Position numbers and translations under genes: made by a program
DNA from: Octopus vulgaris
Lineage: Eukaryota
Length of the DNA stretch: 64,000 bases
NCBI GenBank assembly: GCA_951406725.2
Contig: OX597817.1
Coordinates: 19,592,001-19,656,000 of the forward strand
Direction of reading: 5' to 3'
Shown here: in pieces, positions 1 to 12,475 of the stretch
Layout: each line of letters begins with the position of its first letter
Numbering within the stretch: the stretch's first letter is position 1
Notes under the pieces: model-generated
Seen by the model: the letters and a program-made list of their open reading frames with translations, nothing else
What the model was told of the DNA's origin: nothing
Database searches by the model: none

Positions 1-51
1 TAAAAAAGGGAATAGAGTTTTAGGTAAATAAGGGGATTCTCACTTATACCT

Positions 52-480
52 ATGCACATATGTATACATATATACACACATATACAAACATATATACATA
101 TACAAGCACACATACATACACACACACATATATACATATATATACACTTACCCATACATATACATATCTACACATACACATATATGTATACATACACACA
201 CTCACATGCATACACGTATACACACATGTGTATATATACACACACGACCACACATACATATACACACAGAAAAATATATATACACATACACACACATACT
301 CACATACACGCATACACACACATATCCACACACACACATGCACACACAGCACACTAGTCCCTATATACACATATATACACATACACACATACATATACAC
401 ACACATACATATACATACATATATATATATATATATATACATATGTGTACCTATGCATACCTACACATACAAATACAGAC
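52..480. repeat. Compound (CA/TA) low-complexity microsatellite
   Basis: Interspersed CACA/TATA/CATA units; source of the spurious HTY/YIYV ORFs. Confidence 0.9.
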
Positions 481-630
481 CCATTCCCTAATTTTAATTT
501 TATTATCTTCATTTATTACTTTTGTTATCTTTGACCGCTGGTCGCAAACATCTTGGCTATGACAGCCAGTCCATTTATCTGTCTACTGGAAAACAAGCAC
601 TCATTCACTCACGCACACTCTTTAGCACGT

Positions 631-740
<110 letters not shown>

Positions 741-908
741 GTGGAGGCGCAATGGCCCAGTGGTTAGGGCAGCGGACTTGGGGTCGGAGGATCGCGGTTT
801 CGATTCCCAGACCGGGCGTTGTGTGTGTTTATTGAGCGAAAACACCTAAAAGCTCCACGAGGCTCCGGCAGGGGATGGTGGTGATCCCTGCTGTACTCTT
901 TCACCACT
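741..908 (+). mobile_element. tRNA-derived SINE, 5' part
   Basis: GGAGGCGCAATGGCCCAGTGGTTAGGGC (A-box-like) ... GGTTTCGATTCCC (B-box-like), followed by a non-tRNA body; inserted next to (TA)n. Confidence 0.75.
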
Positions 909-909
909 C

Positions 910-969
910 TAAAAGGCGGTGCTCCAGCATGGCCGCAGTCAAATGACTGAAACAAGTACAAAAAAAAAA
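910..969 (+). mobile_element. 3' tail of the second SINE family with A-tail
   Basis: AAAGGCGGTGCTCCAGCATGGCCGCAGTCAAATGACTGAAACAAG matches the SINE 3' ends at 7325-7370 and elsewhere; followed by an oligo-A run. Confidence 0.75.
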
Positions 970-1317
970 TACGTATACGCACACACACTCACACATATAT
1001 GTATATATATATAGCATAGTTCTTGAACAGGTACTTCAAGTAACAACTATGGTAAAGTAACTGACTGCTTACCACCTTCAGGTCATGGAGCTCTAAAATT
1101 TTTAGGAGCAAAATCTTTTTAACAGGTTCAACAAAAGTGGAATTTTGGAATATTAGCATAAAAATTAGTAGTATGGGATACATGTGGCACGATTATGAAT
1201 TTTTTAGGGTGTGTAAAGAGGGAAATAACCATCATCTGAATTTTTATGAAATTCGAAACAGATATTCAAGTTCATTACAAAAAATATAACAGAAAAGTCT
1301 AATTCTTCAACTGAATG

Positions 1318-1469
<152 letters not shown>

Positions 1470-1494
1470 AGAGAGAGAGAGAGAGAGAGAGAGA

Positions 1495-1975
1495 AGACGC
1501 ATGTCTCACTGGTTAGAGCGTCGAGGTTAGAGTCACGAGGTTGTGAGTTCGAATGCCACACTTTTGAAAAACAAAACCCGTCAAAGGGCGTAGGAACTCT
1601 TGAGAATCAACGGCCATCCAATAAATGTCTTATGGCTGTATCATGCGCGGGGACATAGAAATAATCGGACTGAATACCCGATCGCACGGTTAAACCATTG
1701 GTAGTGAAGGAATCCTAGTCTTTGTTAGGGCATCCTTCTAGGAGAACGTAACTCAGGTAACTGGGATAACTCCTACATAAAACCTGCGGCTCAGTGGTTA
1801 CCGATGATGGTGACTTGTTCTTCTTTTCGGATTATGGTTGCTGTTGCTTAGTGAGTGGGATTGACTCAGTGCACAGCCTTTCCTCACTTAAAAAACTCTT
1901 CTTGCACTGGCATTGCACAATAACAACATTGATTAAGCTTCGCGCAATGACCATACTCGATAACGAGGGGGCAGC

Positions 1976-1978
<3 letters not shown>
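1495..1978 (+). mobile_element. tRNA-headed SINE with RTE-5'UTR/Ceph-domain-like body
   Basis: TGGTTAGAGCG ... GAGTTCGAATGC pol III boxes; body has GGGCATCCTTCTAGGAGAACGTAACTC...AAACC, resembling the RTE 5'-UTR motif (from memory); second copy at ~48015-48499. Confidence 0.5.
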
Positions 1979-2012
<34 letters not shown>

Positions 2013-2313
2013 AAATATATACGTTTTATTTATCATTTTGCACATTACTTAATCATCGGTATATTATTTTTTATCTTATATTTAATATTTCCATTGTACG
2101 TAATTTTCTAGATGGTGTAAATTAACTTTTCATTTTGAATGGATAAAAGGTGCTTTTTTCTAATGTATATATATATATATATATATATATTTACGTGACC
2201 GACCAGACCATAAGATATTGTTACACATCGCTGGTCACTATGCGTTCGCATTGTTTTAGCCTTCGAATGACGCCTCCCCGCTGGCTAAGCGAGCAGGCCA
2301 ATATATATATATA

Positions 2314-3086
2314 TGAGACGGGAAAGGAAAGGGAAAAAATAATTGAGAAGATGTGTGAAAAAGAGTCAGAGGAGGAGGAAACAAATATGAAGATGATAGG
2401 TAAATTGACGGAAGACTCAGGAATTCAACTACAAGAGGACGAAACGGAGAAACTAGTTACAGTAGAGACGGAGAAAGAGAAGGTCCTAGACTCAGAGAAG
2501 AGTATAGAGGAATCTATAATAGGAAGGGTAGTGGAGGACGAAAAGAGAAAGCCGAGCGGAGGGAGTTACAAATGGAATTTCGTGACCTATTTCAAGAACG
2601 AGGAGGTGGAGAAAAAAATCGTAAAGTTTAAGCACGTTATAAGGGTAAAGTTCCCAAACGACGTGTATCTAGAGAGTGTGAACGCCGTCGTGGTCGATAG
2701 AAAACCTATTAGAAACTGGGAGACCTGTGCGGAAGTAAAATTGACCCAGCCGGAGCACTGGTGGAGTTCAATGAGCTGCCACCAGCATGAGACGTTAAAG
2801 CGGAATAAAAGTAAAATTAATTGTATTTAAAAAAAAAAGGAAAAAAGAAAGGAAAATGTTTTGGAAAAAAACATAATTAAAGAAAGAAAAAACAATAGAT
2901 AGTGACTATGTGTACAAGTGTTCAAATGGTACTGCATGAGGAGTGGGGCCCATGCAGTCATTCATCTTTCATTAGTATATAATATTCATACTCATTCATT
3001 TTGTGTTTTTTGTCCCCATTGTGAGGTTGTGTCTATCCTTGTAGTGTCCCGTCTGTGTTAGTGGCCTGAGTGCCTAATAAAGAAAA
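2314..3086 (+). pseudogene. 5'-truncated copy of the ORF1-only L1/Tx1-like element (C-terminal coding part + 3' UTR)
   Basis: Reverse complement of 17542-18303; reads KEREKIIEKMCEKE...WWSSMSCHQHETLKRNKSKINCI*, then a UTR ending AATAAAGAAAA. Confidence 0.75.
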
Positions 3087-3403
3087 CGTCTTTATTTCTA
3101 TTATTAGCGTATAGTATGCTACTCGATTCCTTGATGCAAAGCCTATACAATTTAGTATATGTGTTCTATGGTGTTGATTCAGTAATTATCGATCATCGTT
3201 AATTATACTCAATGTTAGAATGTATGAGGTGGTTAATGTATGATGCTAATATCGTGGAATATTTTTATATGGGGGTGAATAAATAAATTCTTGTGTCCCC
3301 TATATCTATTTTTAATAAACCTGTTTGCTATTTACACACCCGTCTTCGTCTTTTGTTCGTTTCTTTTGTAAATTCCAAATATATATGTATGTGTGTGTAT
3401 GCA

Positions 3404-3464
<61 letters not shown>

Positions 3465-3477
3465 TTCTCTTTCTCTT

Positions 3478-3660
3478 TTAGTTGTTTCAGTCATTTGACT
3501 GCGGCCATGCTGGAGCACCGCCTTTAATCGAGCAAATCGACGCCGGGACTTATTCTATCGGTCACTTTTGCCGAACCGCTAAGGAACAAGGACATAAATA
3601 CACCGGCATCGGTTGTCAAGCAATGTTAGGGGGACAAACACAGACACACAAACACACACA

Positions 3661-3728
<68 letters not shown>

Positions 3729-3893
3729 TACGACGGGCTTCTTTCAGTTTCCGTCTACCAAATCCACTCACAAGGCTTTGGTTGGCCCGAGGCTATAGTA
3801 GAAGACACTTTCCCAAGGTGCCACGCAGTTGGACTGAACTCGGAACCATGTGGTTGGTAAACAAGCTACTTACCATACAGCGTCTCCTGCGCC
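3478..3893 (-). mobile_element. tRNA-derived SINE (abundant family) with internal (TA)n
   Basis: Minus-strand head GGCGCAGGAGACGCTGTATGGTAAG...GGTTCCGAGTTCAGTCC; tail ...CAAATGACTGAAACAAC. Confidence 0.8.
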
Positions 3894-6154
3894 TATATAT
3901 ATATATACAAAACTGAGAATGTGTCGTCCTATCTGTCTGTGTGTTTTCCTAAAACTTGAGAACTACTCAGCCAATTTCATTCAAATTTTACACGTGCTTT
4001 ACTTAGGGTCCATGTATTGTCATGGGCAAAAAATTCTAACTTCTTGCCTAGGGCGAGCCCACAGCAATATCATACCTTCTCCACTATTTCTAAAATTTTC
4101 ACCCAAAACTTTATCCCAAAATTTTCACCAAAAATTTTACCCAAAAATTTTCACAAAAAATTTTTCGAAAATTTTCACCGAAAACTTTACCCAAAAATTT
4201 TCACCAAAAATTTTACCAAAAAACTTTCACCAAAAATCTTACTAAAATTTTCACCGAAAACTTTACCCAAAAATTTTCACCAAAAATTTTACACAATAAT
4301 TTTCACCAAAAAATTTTTCGAAATTTTCACCGAAAACTTTACCCAAAAATTTTGACCAAAAATTTTACCCAAAAATATTCACCAAAAATTTTTCAAAAAT
4401 TTTCACCGAAAACTTTACCCAAGAATTTTCACCAAAAAATTTTACCCAAAAATTTTCAACAAAAATTTTCCACAAAAATTTTCAACAAAAATTTTTCGAA
4501 AATTTTCACCCAAACCTTTACCCAAAATTTTTCGAAAATTTTCACCGAAAACTTTACCCAAAAATTTTCACCAGAAATTTTACCCAAAAATTTTTATCAA
4601 AAATTTTTCGAAAATATTCACCGAAAACTTTACCCAATAATTTTCACCAAAAATTTTACCCAAAAATTTTCACCGAAAACTTTACCCAAAAATTTTCACC
4701 AAAAATTTTAACAAAAAATTTTTACCAAAAATTTTTCGAAAATTTTCACCGAAATCTTAACCCAAAAATTTTCACCAAAAATTTTACCAAAAAACTTTCA
4801 CCAAAAATCTTACGAAAATTTTCACCGAAAACTTTACCCAAAAATTTTCACCAAAAATTTTACACAATAATTTTCAACAAAAAATTTTTCGAAATTTTCA
4901 CCGAAAATTTTACCCAAAAATTTTTTGAAAAATTTTATCCAAAAATTTTCACCAAAAATTTTTCGAAAATTTTCACCGAAAACTTTACCAAAAAATTTTC
5001 ACCAAAAATTTTACACAAATTTTCACCAAAAATTTTTCGAAAATTTTCACCATAAATTTTCGAAAATTTTCACCCAAAACTTTACTCAAAAATTTTTGGT
5101 GAAAATTTTACTAAAAAATTTTTGGTGAAAATTTTACCAAAAAATTTTCACCAAAAATTTTTCACAAAAATTTTTCTTTACCCAAAAATTTTCACCAAAA
5201 ATTTTTAAAATTTTCACCAAAACTTTACCCAAAATTTTCACCATAAAATTTTACCAAAAATTTTCACCAAAAATTTTTGGAAAATTTTCACCAAAATCTT
5301 TACCCAAAAATTTTCACCAAAAATTTTTCGAAAATTTTCACCCAAAACTTTATCCCAAAATTTTCACCAAAAATTTTACCCAAAAATTTTCACAAAAATT
5401 TTTCGAAAATTTTCACCGAAAACTTTACCCAAAAATTTTCACCAAAAATTTTACCCAAAAATTTTCACCAAAAATTTTTCAAAAATTTTCACCGAAAACT
5501 TTACCCTAAAATTTTCACCAAAAATTTTACACAAAAATTTTCACCAAAAATTTTTCGAAAATTTTCACCGAAAACTTTACCCAATAATTTTCACCAAAAA
5601 TTTTACCCAAAAATTTTCACCGAAAACTTTACCCAAAAATTTTCACAAAAAATTTTACACAAATATTTTTCGAAAATTTTCACCGAAAACTTTACCCAAA
5701 AATTTTCACCAAAAATTTTTCGAAAATTTTGACCGAAAACTTTACCCAAAAATTTTACGAAAATTTTCACCGAAAACTTTACCCAAAAGTTTTTCGAAAA
5801 TTTTAACCAAAAATTTTCACCAAAAATTTTTCGAAAATTTTCCCCAAGAATTTTTTTTAAATTTTCACCGAAAAGTTTACCAAAAAGTAAAGTTAGGCTG
5901 GATTGTAGCCACACTTCTATACAAGAGTCAGGACAAGATACAATTGATCGAAATTACAAGAGACGGGCTAGCAATTCCACTCTGTTATATATTTTGAGTA
6001 TTGTTATCACTAGCGAAATCAAGATATAACTTTGGATTTTGTATTTTATGTGTAAATGTATATATATAGATGTAGATGTAATATGTACACATATATATAC
6101 ACATATATACATGCACTATCACTATAACCCGGCAAAGACGGGTCTTTAATGCTA

Positions 6155-6155
<1 letters not shown>
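3893..6155 (+). mobile_element. Non-autonomous Helitron-like element enclosing the satellite (copy 1)
   Basis: 5' arm TATATACAAAACTGAGAATGTGTC..TGTCTGTGTG..GAACTACTCAGCCAATTTCATTCAAATTTT; 3' ACCCG-GCAAAGA-CGGGT hairpin plus CTAG|T at 6152-6156. Confidence 0.6.
4091..5886 (+). repeat. ~12-bp satellite block 1 (AAAATTTTCACC / AAAATTTTACCC / AAAATTTTTCG / AAAACTTTACCC)
   Basis: Tandem A4-5T4-5 cores separated by 2-5 nt C-rich spacers. Confidence 0.97.
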
Positions 6156-6192
<37 letters not shown>

Positions 6193-6574
6193 CTAGCAGT
6201 ATCGCCCGGCGTTGCTCAGGTTTGTAAGGGAAATAACTATAAAGCATTTTTAGAGAGTTATAGCCAAAAAATAGCAAAAAAATGGAAAAAAATGATGGTA
6301 AATTTTTTTTGAGTAAAAAAAGGTGGAGTTGCGTCCCCTAGACAGTTTGCGGTTTGTGTTTCTGATTCTCGACCCCATGTCGAATTTATCGATTTTTTTC
6401 AGAACTGGGGGAACTTTTCAAAATTTTCGCTGCGTTAGTTTTGAATTATGACATTGGGCTATGTGTGTGTCAAGTTTCATCAGAATCGGTTGAAAGCCGT
6501 GGTCAGGGTGAGGGTACAAGCAAACAGACACACAGAAGCACGCACAGACAAACTGCCGTTTATATAGAGAGAGA
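6193..6574 (-). mobile_element. Complete 382-bp non-autonomous Helitron
   Basis: Minus strand begins A|TCTCTCTCTATATAAACGG and ends with a GC-rich hairpin-like CCTGAGCAACGCCGGGCG plus ATACTG-CTAG|T; absent at the paralogous sites (~16341, 26761, 36157), where ATATAATAATAC is intact with no TSD. Confidence 0.88.
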
Positions 6575-6792
6575 TAATACATCTAGACATACATGTATAC
6601 ACATACATGTACATCTATAGAAATACATCTATACATATACAGCTATACATATACATGTATACATATACAGCTATATATATATACATGTATATATATATAT
6701 ATGTATATATATTTATTTATTTATATACATATATACATCCATATACATATAATAGAGAGATGTTTTTGTTTCACTTTTAACACGTAAGACTG

Positions 6793-7149
6793 AAATAGTG
6801 GAAAAGGTATGATATTGCTGTGGGCTCGCCCTAGGCAAGAAGTTAGAATTTTTGCCCATGACAATACATGGACCCTAAGCAAAGCACGTGTAAAATTTGA
6901 ATGAAATTGGCTGAGTAGTTCTCAAGTTTTAGGAAAACACACAGACAGATAGGCAGACACATTCTCAGTTTTGTATATATATATAGGCGCAGGAGACGCT
7001 GTATGGTAAGTAGCTTGTTTACCAACCACATGGTTCCGAGTTCAGTCCAACTGCGTGGCACCTTGGGAAAGTGTCTTCTACTATAGCCTCGGGCCAACCA
7101 AAGCCTTGTGTTGGATTTGGTAGACGGAAACTGAAAGAAGCCCGTCGTA

Positions 7150-7189
<40 letters not shown>

Positions 7190-7385
7190 TGTGTGTGATT
7201 GTGTGTCTGTGTTTGTCCCCCTAACATTGCTTGACAACCGATGCCGGTGTATTTATGTCCTTGTTACTTAGCGGTTCGGCAAAAGAGACCGATAGAATAA
7301 GTCCCGGCGTCGATTTGCTCGATTAAAGGCTGTGCTCCAGCATGGCCGCAGTCAAATGACTGAAACAACTAAAAGAGAAAGAGAA

Positions 7386-7444
<59 letters not shown>

Positions 7445-8050
7445 TGCATACACACACATACATATATATTTGGAATTTACAAAAGAAACGAACAAAAGAC
7501 GAAGACGGGTGTGTAAACAGCAAACAGGTTTATTAAAAATAGATATAGGGGACACAAGAATTTATTTATTCACCCCCATATAAAAATATTCCACGATATT
7601 AGCATCATACATTAACCACCTCATACATTCTAACATTGAGTATAATTAACGATGATCGATAATTACTGAATCAACACCATAGAACACATATACTAAATTG
7701 TATAGGCTTTGCATCAAGGAAACGAGTAGCATACTATACGCTAATAATAGAAATAAAGACGTTTTCTTTATTAGGCACTCAGGCCACTAACACAGACGGG
7801 ACACTACAAGGATAGACACAACACCACAATGGGGACAAAAAACACAAAATGAATGAGTATGAATATTATATACTAATGAAAGATGAATGACTGCATGGGC
7901 CCCACTCCTCATGCAGTACCATTTGAACACTTGTACACATAGTCACTATCTATTGTTTTTTCTTTCTTTAATTATGTTTTTTTCCAAAACATTTTCCTTT
8001 CTTTTTTCCTTTTTTTTTTAAATACAATTAATTTTACTTTTATTCCTCTT
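6793..8050 (-). repeat. Inverted duplicate of ~2800-4090 (Helitron 5' arm, SINE at 6986-7372, ORF1-element 3' UTR)
   Basis: Reverse-complement match from GAAATAGTGGA to ...TTTTACTTTTATTCC. Confidence 0.92.
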
Positions 8051-8354
8051 TTGTTCCTCTTTCATTTCTTATTTAAACGTGGTAATCCTCTTGAAAAAAC
8101 TTCAGGACCTCAAATAATGCTGTCACTTATCGATACTCAAAAACTGAACTTTCACCAACTGAATACTCACCATGTAGTGCCTTACTGCTTTTTGGTGGAT
8201 TTTACCTCGAGAAAGGAACCCTGAGGAAAGAGGGCTGAATTTCGAATACTTCGACAACCACTTTTCTGAAACGGCTGCAGGTTAGGAAATAATTTTTAAT
8301 TGCCTCTTTCAATTCAGGTTTTTATTTTCATGTTTATAGTCGTATTTCATTATG

Positions 8355-8628
8355 TTTGGGTTGTCCGGAAATGTCGTTCCGATTTTTAAAGGAAAGAAAA
8401 TGGCCAATAAATACTTGCCATTACATTTTTGATGAACCAAATCTGAACCATTTCGTTGCACAATACGTCTCCATCTTTCCTTTGCCTTGAAAATACCCGC
8501 TTCCCAGAATTGAGGTGGTTTCAAAGCAAATAATTCATCAAGGTATCTTTTTACGTCATCTAAGGAATTGAAATTTTCATCATTAAGACTATTCTGCAGA
8601 GACCTGAATAAGTGGAAATCCGAAGGAT
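8355..8628 (-). mobile_element. Mariner (Tc1/mariner) transposase C-terminal fragment with one TIR
   Basis: PSDFHLFRSLQNSLNDENFNSLDDVKRYLDELF...FWEAGI..ERWRRIV; TIR-like TTGGGTTGTCCGGAAA..TTCCGATTTTT; cut off by the satellite at the PSD motif. Confidence 0.85.
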
Positions 8629-11600
8629 TTTTTGAGTAAAGTTTTTGAGTAAAGTTTTGGGTGAAAATTTTCCAAAAATTTTTGGTGAAAATTTTTGTGT
8701 AAAATTTTTCGTGAAAATTTTTGGGTAAAGTTTTCGGTGAAAATTTTCGAAAAATTTTTGGTGAAAATTTTTGGGTAAAGATTTTCGGTGAAAATTTTTG
8801 GATAAAGTTTTCGGTGAAAATTTTTGGGTAAAATTGTTGGTGAAAATTATTGGGTATAAAGTTTTCGGTGAAAATTTTCGAAAAATTTTTGGTGAAAATT
8901 TTTTGTGTAAAATTTTTGGTGAAAATAAAGTTTTCGGTGAAAATTTTCGAAGTTTTGGTGAAAATTTTCGAAAATTTTGGTGAAAATTTTTGTGTAAATT
9001 TTTGGTGAAAATTTTTGTAAAATTTTGGTGAAAATTTTGGGTAAAGTTTTCGGTGAAAATTTTTGAAAATTTTTTGTGAAAATTTTTGGGTAAAGTTTTG
9101 GGTGAAAATTTTCGAAATATTTTTGGTGAAAATTTTTGTGTAAAATTTTCGGTGGAAATTTTCGTAAAATTTTTGGGTAAAGTCTTGGTGAAAAGTTGTT
9201 GGTGAAAATTTTGGAAAAATTTTGGAGAAAATTTTCGAAAAATTTTTGGGTGAAATTTTCAAAAAACTTTTGGGTAAAGTTTTCGGTGAAAATTTTCGAA
9301 AAATTTTTGATGAAAAACTTTGTCTAAAATTTTTTGTGAAAATTTTGGGTAAAGTTTTGGGTGAAAATTTTCGAAATATTTTTGGTGAAAATTTTGTGTA
9401 AAATTTTCGGTGGAAATTTTCGTAAAATTTTTGGGTAAAGTCTTGGGTGAAAACTTTCGAAAAGTTGTTGGTGAAAATTTTGGAAAAATTCTTGAAGATT
9501 TTTGNNNNNNNNNNNNNNNNNNNNNNNNNNNNNNNNNNNNNNNNNNNNNNNNNNNNNNNNNNNNNNNNNNNNNNNNNNNNNNNNNNNNNNNNNNNNNNNN
9601 NNNNTTCCAAAAATTTTTGGTGAAAAATTTTTGTGTAAAATTTTTGGTGAAAATTTTTGGGTAAAGTTTCCGGTGAAAATTTTCGAAAACTTTTGGTGAA
9701 AATTTTTGGTTAAAGTTTTTGGTAAAAATTTTTGGATAAAGTTTTCGGTGAAAATTTTTGGGTAAAATTTTTGGTGAAAATTATTGGGTAAAGTTTTCGG
9801 TGAAAATTTTCAAAAAATTTTTGGTGAAAATTTTTGTAGTAAAATTTTTGGTGAAAATTTTTGGGTAAAGTTTTCAGTGAAAATTATCGAAAAATTTTTG
9901 GGTAAAATTTTCGGTGAAAATTTGGGGATAAAGTTTTGGTTGAAAATTTTAGAAAAATCTTTGGTGAAAATTTTTGTGTAAAATTTTGGGTAGAGATTTC
10001 GGTGAGAATTTTCGAAAAATTTTGGTGAAAATTTTTTGTTAAAATTTTTGGTGAAAATTTTTGGGTAAACTTTTCGGTGAAAATTTTTGGGTAAAATTTT
10101 TTTGTGAAAAATTTTGTGTAAAATTTTTGCTGAAAATTTTTGGGTAAAGTTTTCGGTCAAAATTTTCGAAAAATTATTGGTGAAAATTTTTGGGTAAAAT
10201 TTTTGGTGAAAATTTTTGGGTAAAGTTTTCGGTGAAAATTTTCGAAAATTTTTGTCAAAATTTTTGTAAAATTTTCGGGTAAAGTTTTTGTTGAAAATTT
10301 TTGGGGAAAATTTTAGAAAAACTATTGGGTAAAAGTTTTCGGTGAAAATTTTCGTAAAATTTTTGGGTAAAGTTTTCGGTGAAAATTTTCCAATACTTTT
10401 TGGTGAAAATTTTCGGAAAATTTTTGGTGAAAATTTTTGGGTAAAGTTTTCGGTTGAAAATTTTCGAAAAATTTTTGGTGAAAATTTTTTGTGTAAAATT
10501 TTTGGTGGAAATTTTTGGGTAAAGTTTTCGATGAAAATTTTCGAAAAATTTTTGGTGAAAATTTTTGGGTAAAATTTTCGGTGAAAATTTTCGTAAAGAT
10601 TTTGGTGAAAATTTTTGGGAAAAATTTTTGGTGAAAATTTTTGAGTAAAATTTTCGGAAAATTTTTGGTAAAGTCTTGGGTGAAAATTTTGGTGTAAAAT
10701 TTTTGGTGAAAATTTTTGGGTAAAGTTTTCGGTGAAAATTTTCCAAAAATTTTTGGTGAAATTTTGGGTAAAATTTTAGTGAAAATTTTTGGGTAAAGTT
10801 TTGGGTGAAAATTTTTGAGTAAAATTTTCGGAAAATTTTTGGGTAAAGTCATGGGTGAAAACTTTCGAAAAGTTGTTGGTGAAAATTTTGAAAATTTTCA
10901 CCGAAAACTTTACCCAAAAATTTTCACCAAAAATTTTAACCAAGAATTTTCCAAAATTTTCACCAAATTTTCAACTTTTCGAAAGTTTTCACCCAAGACA
11001 TTACCCAAATATTTTCCGAAAATTTTACTCAAAAATTTTCACCAAAAATTTTACCCAAAATTTTCACCAAAAATTTTACGAAAATTTTCACCGAAAATTT
11101 TGCCCAAAATTTTCACCAAAAATTTTCGAAAATTTTCACCCAAAACTTTAACCAAAAATTTTCACCAAAAATTTTACACAAAGATTTTCATCAAAAATTT
11201 TTGAAAATTTTCACCGAAAACTTTAACCAAAAGTTTTTCGAAAATTCTAACCAAAAATTTTTCGAAAACTTTTACCCAAAAATTTTACCCAAAATTTTCA
11301 CCGAAAACTTTTACCCAAAAGTTTTGCGAAAATTTCAACCAAAAATTTTTCGAAAATTTTCTCTTAAAATTTTTCGAAAATTTTCACCAACAACTTTTCG
11401 AAAGTTTTCACCCAAGACTTTACCCAAAAATTTTGGCGAAAATTTTCAAAATTTTCACCAAAAATTTTACCCAAAAATTTTCACCAAAATTTTTACGAAA
11501 ATTTTCACCGAAAATTTTACCCAAAAATTTTCAGCAAAACTTTTTCGAAAATTTTCACCCAAAACTTTACCCAAAAATTTTCACCAAAAATTTTACCCAA

Positions 11601-11781
11601 AAAATCTTCACCAAAAATTTACGAAAATTTTCACCGAAAATTTTTACCCAAAATTTTCAGCAAAACTTTTTCGAAAATTTTCACCCAAAACTTTACCCAA
11701 AAATTTTCACCAAAGATTTTACCAAAAAATTTTCACCAAAAATTTTTGGAAAATTTTGACCGAAAACTTTACCCAAAAATT
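8629..11781. repeat. Satellite block 2: GGTGAAAATTTT orientation switching to AAAATTTTCACC at ~10890; contains assembly gap
   Basis: Visible strand flip; N-run at 9505-9604. Confidence 0.95.
9505..9604. other. Assembly gap (100 N)
   Basis: Run of exactly 100 N, typical of an unknown-size scaffold gap. Confidence 0.99.
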
Positions 11782-12023
11782 TGTTCTATGGTGTTGATTC
11801 AGTAATTATCGATCATCGTTAATTATACTCAATGTTAGAATGTATGAGGTGGTTAATGTATGATGCTAATATCGTGGAATATTTTTATATGGGGGTGAAT
11901 AAATAAATTCTTGTGTCCCCTATATCTATTTTTAATAAACCTGTTTGCTGTTTACACACCCGTCTTCGTCTTTTGTTCGTTTCTTTTGTAAATTCCAAAT
12001 ATATATGTATGTGTGTGTATGCA

Positions 12024-12070
<47 letters not shown>

Positions 12071-12084
12071 TTCTCTTTCTCTTT

Positions 12085-12266
12085 TAGTTGTTTCAGTCAT
12101 TTGAGTGCGGCCATGCTGGAGCACCGCCTTTAATCGAGCAAATCGACGCCGGGACTTATTCTATCGGTCTCTTTTGCCGAACCGCTAAGTAACAAGGACA
12201 TAAATACACCGGCATCGGTTGTCAAGCAATGTTAGGGGGACAAACACAGACACACAAACACACACA

Positions 12267-12310
<44 letters not shown>

Positions 12311-12475
12311 TACGACGGGCTTCTTTCAGTTTCCGTCTACCAAATCCACTCACAAGGCTTTGGTTGGCCCGAGGCTATAGTAGAAGACACTTTCCCAAGG
12401 TGCCACGCAGTTGGACTGAACTCGGAACCATGTGGTTGGTAAACAAGCTACTTACCATACAGCGTCTCCTGCGCC
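12085..12475 (-). mobile_element. tRNA-derived SINE (array copy)
   Basis: Near-identical to 3478-3893. Confidence 0.8.

Noticed and set aside
741-820. Functional tRNA genes (also at 1495 and 6986)
   Set aside because: Pol III boxes are present but the cloverleaf is degenerate and continues into SINE bodies.
4091-5886. CRISPR array or telomeric repeat
   Set aside because: No unique spacers or cas genes, eukaryotic context, and the monomers are not TTAGGG-like.
8221-8260. CTGAGGA/CTGACGA...GAATAC as a hammerhead in each unit
   Set aside because: No GAAA and no convincing stems I-III.
8309-9610. 433-aa ORF as a real transposase gene
   Set aside because: It spans the N gap and satellite; only ~70 residues near the end are mariner-derived.
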